DNA of 64,000 bases from NCBI RefSeq assembly GCF_037042905.1, contig NC_087245.1, positions 28,150,001-28,214,000 on the forward strand, written 5' to 3'. Under the pieces are notes generated by a model. It saw only the letters and a list, made by a program, of their open reading frames with translations, had not been told where the DNA came from and searched no databases. The DNA comes from Lytechinus pictus (taxonomy: Eukaryota). The position numbers were made by a program, and so were the translations under genes. Positions 59,003-64,000 of the stretch are shown here, in pieces (position 1 is the first letter of the stretch; each line of letters begins with the position of its first letter).

Positions 59003-62000
59003 GCTAGATCCCCTGGTGAAACGATTACAGCTCCCGCTCACACAATTCTAGAAAGGCCTACTCTGATGAAAATTCAAAATATATTGAAACCTTAAAAGTG
59101 CTTAACTTGAAATTCTCTGCTTTCTGTTTTATTCTTTTTAAAAAGTGGTATTACATCATATTTATGGATGTTTTTTACATGAACACATCACTAAAAAAGG
59201 GAGTCTTCAATTGCCCTATTTTCAATTAATATGAAATAAAAAGATAATTCAACACGCATTTAAGGCACCTATTTTTGCCTGGCGGGGTGGGAGTGCCGTT
59301 TTTTCCTCGGATAGTAGGCCAAAACAGGGGCGCCAAAATTAGGTCGGGCCCCCAGGGTGAAAAATCATGGATACGTACGCGCCTGAAAAGGGCACGTTGT
59401 AAGCGCCCCTGCTTGTAGGGACCACGACCACGTGCAATAGAGATTCACTGCCAGATGTTTAGTTTGTTAAATCTGGGACTGGGGTTTCTCCTCATATCTT
59501 CCAACTTTCACATGAGTATACAGGTACCTCATTCCTTTGATCAAAAGTCACCTAGCTGCTTGATTATAGAATTTTAGGGATATAGCTAAATATTAGTGAC
59601 GTTGACTAATTGACTACTGAAGTCACCGCAGGAATGAAATCCAGAGTTCTTTTAAGGGATATGGTTTTCAGCCAGTTAAACAATATTCTTATATGAATTA
59701 TTTAAAAAATAATTGAAGCATACATGTCACTATCCGGAAATTCTTAAAATAAAAAGAATATCATACATGTTTGAGTTGTATCTAGCACTGCACAACAATA
59801 TGGATCAATGTTTAATTAGGTTGCAGGAGTCTTTTAAATTGATACGAAACACACTAGATAAAAAGAAATAGAACAATTAACACTTTATTAATTTCGCCAT
59901 TATTGTGACTTTTATAGAAACCTTGATTGTGATTGGTACCATGGTAATTGTCATCATAAGGAAGTGACCATAGTTTTAACTATTTATGAAACGGACTCTA
60001 GATATGTTATTTTGTTAGAAGACATTGAAGAGAGACGAAACGTTTCAATATAAGACCATTTCAAATGTTTTCTTTTCTGTTTTGTTTTTCGATCAGCACA
60101 GGAATTAATCTGATGATGACCAAAACTTCTACAATACATCCTGTGTTGATAGGGTTTAATAGGCATACTCTTAAGAACACATCACCATGTGGCCTGGTCA
60201 GCGACGAATGGAGCAGGTTTTCACCAGGAGGTGATGGCGGTCAGGTGGATAGAATTTTGCTTGGAAGGCACCTGTATACGGTGAGATGATGTCTGAACAG
60301 TCTGAAGTCATTTTTAACCGGCCAATTCGATTTGCCAGTCTTGAGAGGACCCAGTTTTGTCATGAGAAGGAATAGGGTGTGGTCGGTGTACTTCGGTCGA
60401 TGATTATACAAAGCTGATACCATGGTTACCCAAAGCAGTCTCATCATGGTGAGGGTGAGCAAGGATATAGTTGGTCTTCCGATGGCCCGAACTCCGAGGG
60501 TTATGTAATGTTTCCGAGGACGTTAAATACAGCAATAACCTTGAAGGGAAGGAAGTACGTGGTCGATCAAAAAAATGTTAATCTTCCACGCTTGCGACAA
60601 CCTTAAGATTTCTTGGTCTGGTTTTATTTATACAAAATAATCTAACTAAAGAGGTAATATAACCTTCGTCTCTTAGCCAAAGTTTTTTTTTTTTTTTTTT
60701 TTTTGGGGGGGGAGGCTGATCCCGCAAAAAAATCACAGTCAGATGGTATTTGTTTTTACTCTTTGGAACAAGTTTATTGAAAAAAAAAGTGGAGAGGGGA
60801 GCGCGAGTGGCATTTTTATTTGTATATTGACCAGCTGGTTTCTCAATTTTTTATGCAATTATTTTGTTCTCTTTTATGTTGCCACTTCCCTTTTTTCCCC
60901 TCTCCTACCTTGCCCTTCCCTTTCGTCCTCTGAAAAAAATGTCTAAAGTCAGACCTATAAGAAACGCAATATTTTAAAGAGTTTTTTTGTAATCATTCAT
61001 ATAGGATCCGTCGCATTAAATAGATATGCGAGCAGAAGGATTCGACTATTATGTCAATAAATCTTTCACCTTTCCTCATTTTGTATGGGGGGTGTATAAG
61101 TAACGATGTATTTCTGAAATCTGTTGTTAAAGGGGAAGTTCGCTCGTCATTAGATTGGTTTTGAAAGGACAATTGGGGACAAATATTGGTAAAGATTTGG
61201 TGAAAATCCATCAAAGACTAAGAGAATTATATCTTTTTAAACTTTTAATTCGTGAGGTCATATGGGAGCAGCCGCCATATGTCAACAAATTCACATATTG
61301 ATGGTTATAGAGTGAACAAAAATATTTTACTTGGAATATATGTAGAAGGTGACGAGAAATAATGTCTGAGTGTACGAATAAAAACACTTTCATTTTTTTT
61401 TAGGTAATGACATTGTATGGAATTTATATCAAATGACATGAAAGAGATGTTTGTTTGTGACGTCACCTAAAACTCCATTATTTGATAGATTATCAACTAT
61501 ATCAATGTATTTCCTTTCAATATTCTGCTTTTTTAAAAACAAGTAACATCATGGTGGACTTCCTCTCTAAAGCAATAATTAATCCAGTTTGCCAACATTT
61601 TTTTTGTTCCTCTGTCTGGTAACTAAGGGTAATCTAGGCTGAAAATAATATGATTTAAACATATAAAGTAAAAAACAAAACACTGAAAATTTCGACCAAA
61701 TCAGAAAAAGATTAACAACTTTATAACATTTTAAGTTTTGTATTATTTCTTTGAAACAGTTTTATGCATGTCTCCATGAATATGCAATGAGCAAGATCCC
61801 CACTTATTCTTTTCTATTGCATTATATATATTTTTTTCCTTTCAATTGTATAAAATTATTTTCATATTTTGTCTTCTAGGAATGAAATATATCAGATTGA
61901 CTACTGATTTAATGTTATAAAAGGGTAACATATATACAAACATTTATGAAAGTATGAAATGATCTTGATTTAATGTAATAACATAAGAAAAAGGAAAGTG

Positions 62001-64000
62001 GGGACATGACATCATCAGCCCACCTACTGAATATTCATGAAGACATGCGTAAAGGTTTTCACAGAATAATGCTAAAATTTGAATAATTTTGTTTATTTGT
62101 TATCAGATTTTGATGAAATCTTCACCATATTGTTCGGTGAATTTTACATAAGTTATCTAGATAAAGCTATGTGAAGCCCAGAGTAACAATTCAAGGTTAT
62201 CAAAGTAGTTTTACTAGGAAATTGTGCATAGAATCTGAAAAGTAAAATTATTCTTTAAAAAAATCATTGTATGTGTTCAATTGCTGGTATCTCCCAGAAT
62301 ATTCGCTAAAAAGAAATATGGTATGCACGTTTGAGGTTGTTTTACAATCAGGGTAACCCAACTGTCTCATTTGAGTCAAAAAATGTTTTGCTTTTCCTAT
62401 TTTATTGTGTTTGTGTTAGAAAAATATGGATAAGTGGGTGGCTTTATGCCTCACATACTCTTTGAAATACAATTTCACTTATTTCTTTTCATCGATTTGG
62501 GTTCAGCCTTTTAATTACATGTTCTATCAATTGCTAAATATTTCGGAGAGGAAAGATGTGGACAGAAATGGATTTGACAACTAGCTCTTTGTCTGTGCGC
62601 AAAGTGATCATTCTAACTTTATTCCAAATATTCTAAAACTTTAGCGTAAAGTTTTAGCGTAAACTTGCATTCCAACTTTATTGCAAATATACATACATTC
62701 TTGAATCATTACTAGTTCAGTGATGTGTAATTATGCGTAAAAGTACCAAATTCGGAGAGGACAATTTTGGATAGAATAATAGAAATGAAATAGAATTAGT
62801 AGAACTCGGGCTCAAAATTAAAAAAAAAACCTAAATGAGGAAATAATTCTGGCTCTGAAATGCAAGATAATTGTCAATTTTGAGTTTCAGGTTGCTCTAA
62901 TTTAATGGTAGCTTGTCATCGTAGATTTTAAATTACAAATTTATTTTACGATGAACAGAAGGTCATTTTTGGATAGTACCCTGATTTAAAAACAACCCCT
63001 TTTTTAAATGCACTTGGTAAATCTGAATTGCAAGCTCCTGTATAAATGATATGTAAGCTAACTGTATTCAGAATTTGTTATTTTGTCTGGGGTCTTTTCA
63101 TAAAGCTGTTCATAAGTTACGCATGACTTTACGAACGAGAGTTGATAGTAATTTAACCTCCGCTTTATAGCACCAGTGAGAACATGCTTCAATCGTGCGT
63201 AAAGTTGAGCGTAACTATATGAACAGTTTTATGAAAAACCACCCGGACCAATAAATGATCGTGTTACACCTCCCTTCGGCTACTTGTATTTATTCTTGCA
63301 CCAGTTTCATCAGGCCGTCTCTCCTCTCTCTCACCCCCCCCCCCCTATCTCTTCAAATTTGTTATTTCCACCACTAAACTATGTAATTCCTAATTTTCTT
63401 CTTTATTTAATCGTTTCCTAACCCTGTTTCTCAACTTCATTCTCCGTGCTTGTCTCTGTTCATTTCTTTTCATACTTTCAATCATTTTCTTCCTTGTAAA
63501 CTTTTTTCCTGACCCATTACCCTTTTCTTCGTTATTACCAGTATTTCTCTTTTAAAAATATCTCATGAATTTCGAATTCTTTTTCCCTTAAAAAAAGAGA
63601 AAATCATTTATTATTCAATCTTCACCCTCGACCTCTTCACATCGGGACGCCCGAATTCATAATTATTTCATCCCCTATGTCGTTCATTTTGGCCTTTGCA
63701 TTTTTCTTACTTCATGAATTCTTTATCTTTTCTCATCTCAATTCATTTTCAACTATATTCACCCGATAAGTGTTGGTCTAAAAGTCTAACTCAATCCCAT
63801 GTAACTTGCCCATAACTCTGTCACTCTCCCTAGACTTGTCAAACGATCTCATCATTCCATATACCTTCTCTATGATAACCTCATGCACTCCTCTTTTCTT
63901 TCGCTCTCCCCCTCTTTCTTCAACCCCGCCTCTCTCTGTGGTTGTTAAGTACATCTACCCCGTTTTCACACAGCCCTTGGAAATAGGAATGAACTTCATG

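Larger units (their letters stand above)
54865..59390. mobile_element. Remnant of hAT-type element(s) with GGCGCCAAATT and CGCGCTTCGCGCTCGCA-type tandem repeats; host for LINE, MITE and Kolobok inserts
   Basis: Internal repeats are related to those of 9876-11991; GC-rich ...CGCGCCTG end near 59386. The left boundary is not resolved. Confidence 0.45.

Noticed and set aside
60166..60590. GC-richer segment with a 73-aa minus-strand ORF
   Set aside because: No recognisable domain or convincing splice-site pair; could be a decayed exon or TE fragment.

Overview
AT-rich, intron-containing animal genomic DNA, most likely a sea urchin or other echinoderm. This is inferred from the HYR-repeat gene and the repeat landscape; no database search was run. 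The window contains three main things. (1) The last coding exon (2316-3266, +) of a gene with a FAM167/LURAP-like coiled-coil motif and a low-complexity Ser/Glu/Asn tail. (2) A complete ~38.5-kb, ~23-exon gene (12716-51198, +), reconstructed by hand from GT-AG sites and phase compatibility. It encodes a ~1276-aa type I membrane protein: signal peptide, 9 HYR domains, 2 SEA-like domains (the second with GSVIV), a juxtamembrane EGF domain with ErbB-ligand-like splice pattern and residues, a TM helix, and a cytoplasmic tail of small exons that repeat an F-x-H-D/E motif. (3) Many transposons, several with clean TSDs: hAT, hAT5-like MITEs, Kolobok-like, Harbinger, Academ-like, Helentron-type HINEs, a solo LTR, SINEs and a 5'-truncated LINE with an intact RT ORF. 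The most unusual item is a 1.37-kb insertion (17318-18688) inside the solo LTR. It consists of three head-to-tail, circularly permuted copies of a 330-bp + poly(A) unit with an internal tRNA-like Pol III cassette, plus an inverted partial copy, flanked by a 13-bp TSD. It resembles Penelope-type or retrozyme-type retroposition rather than a normal SINE.
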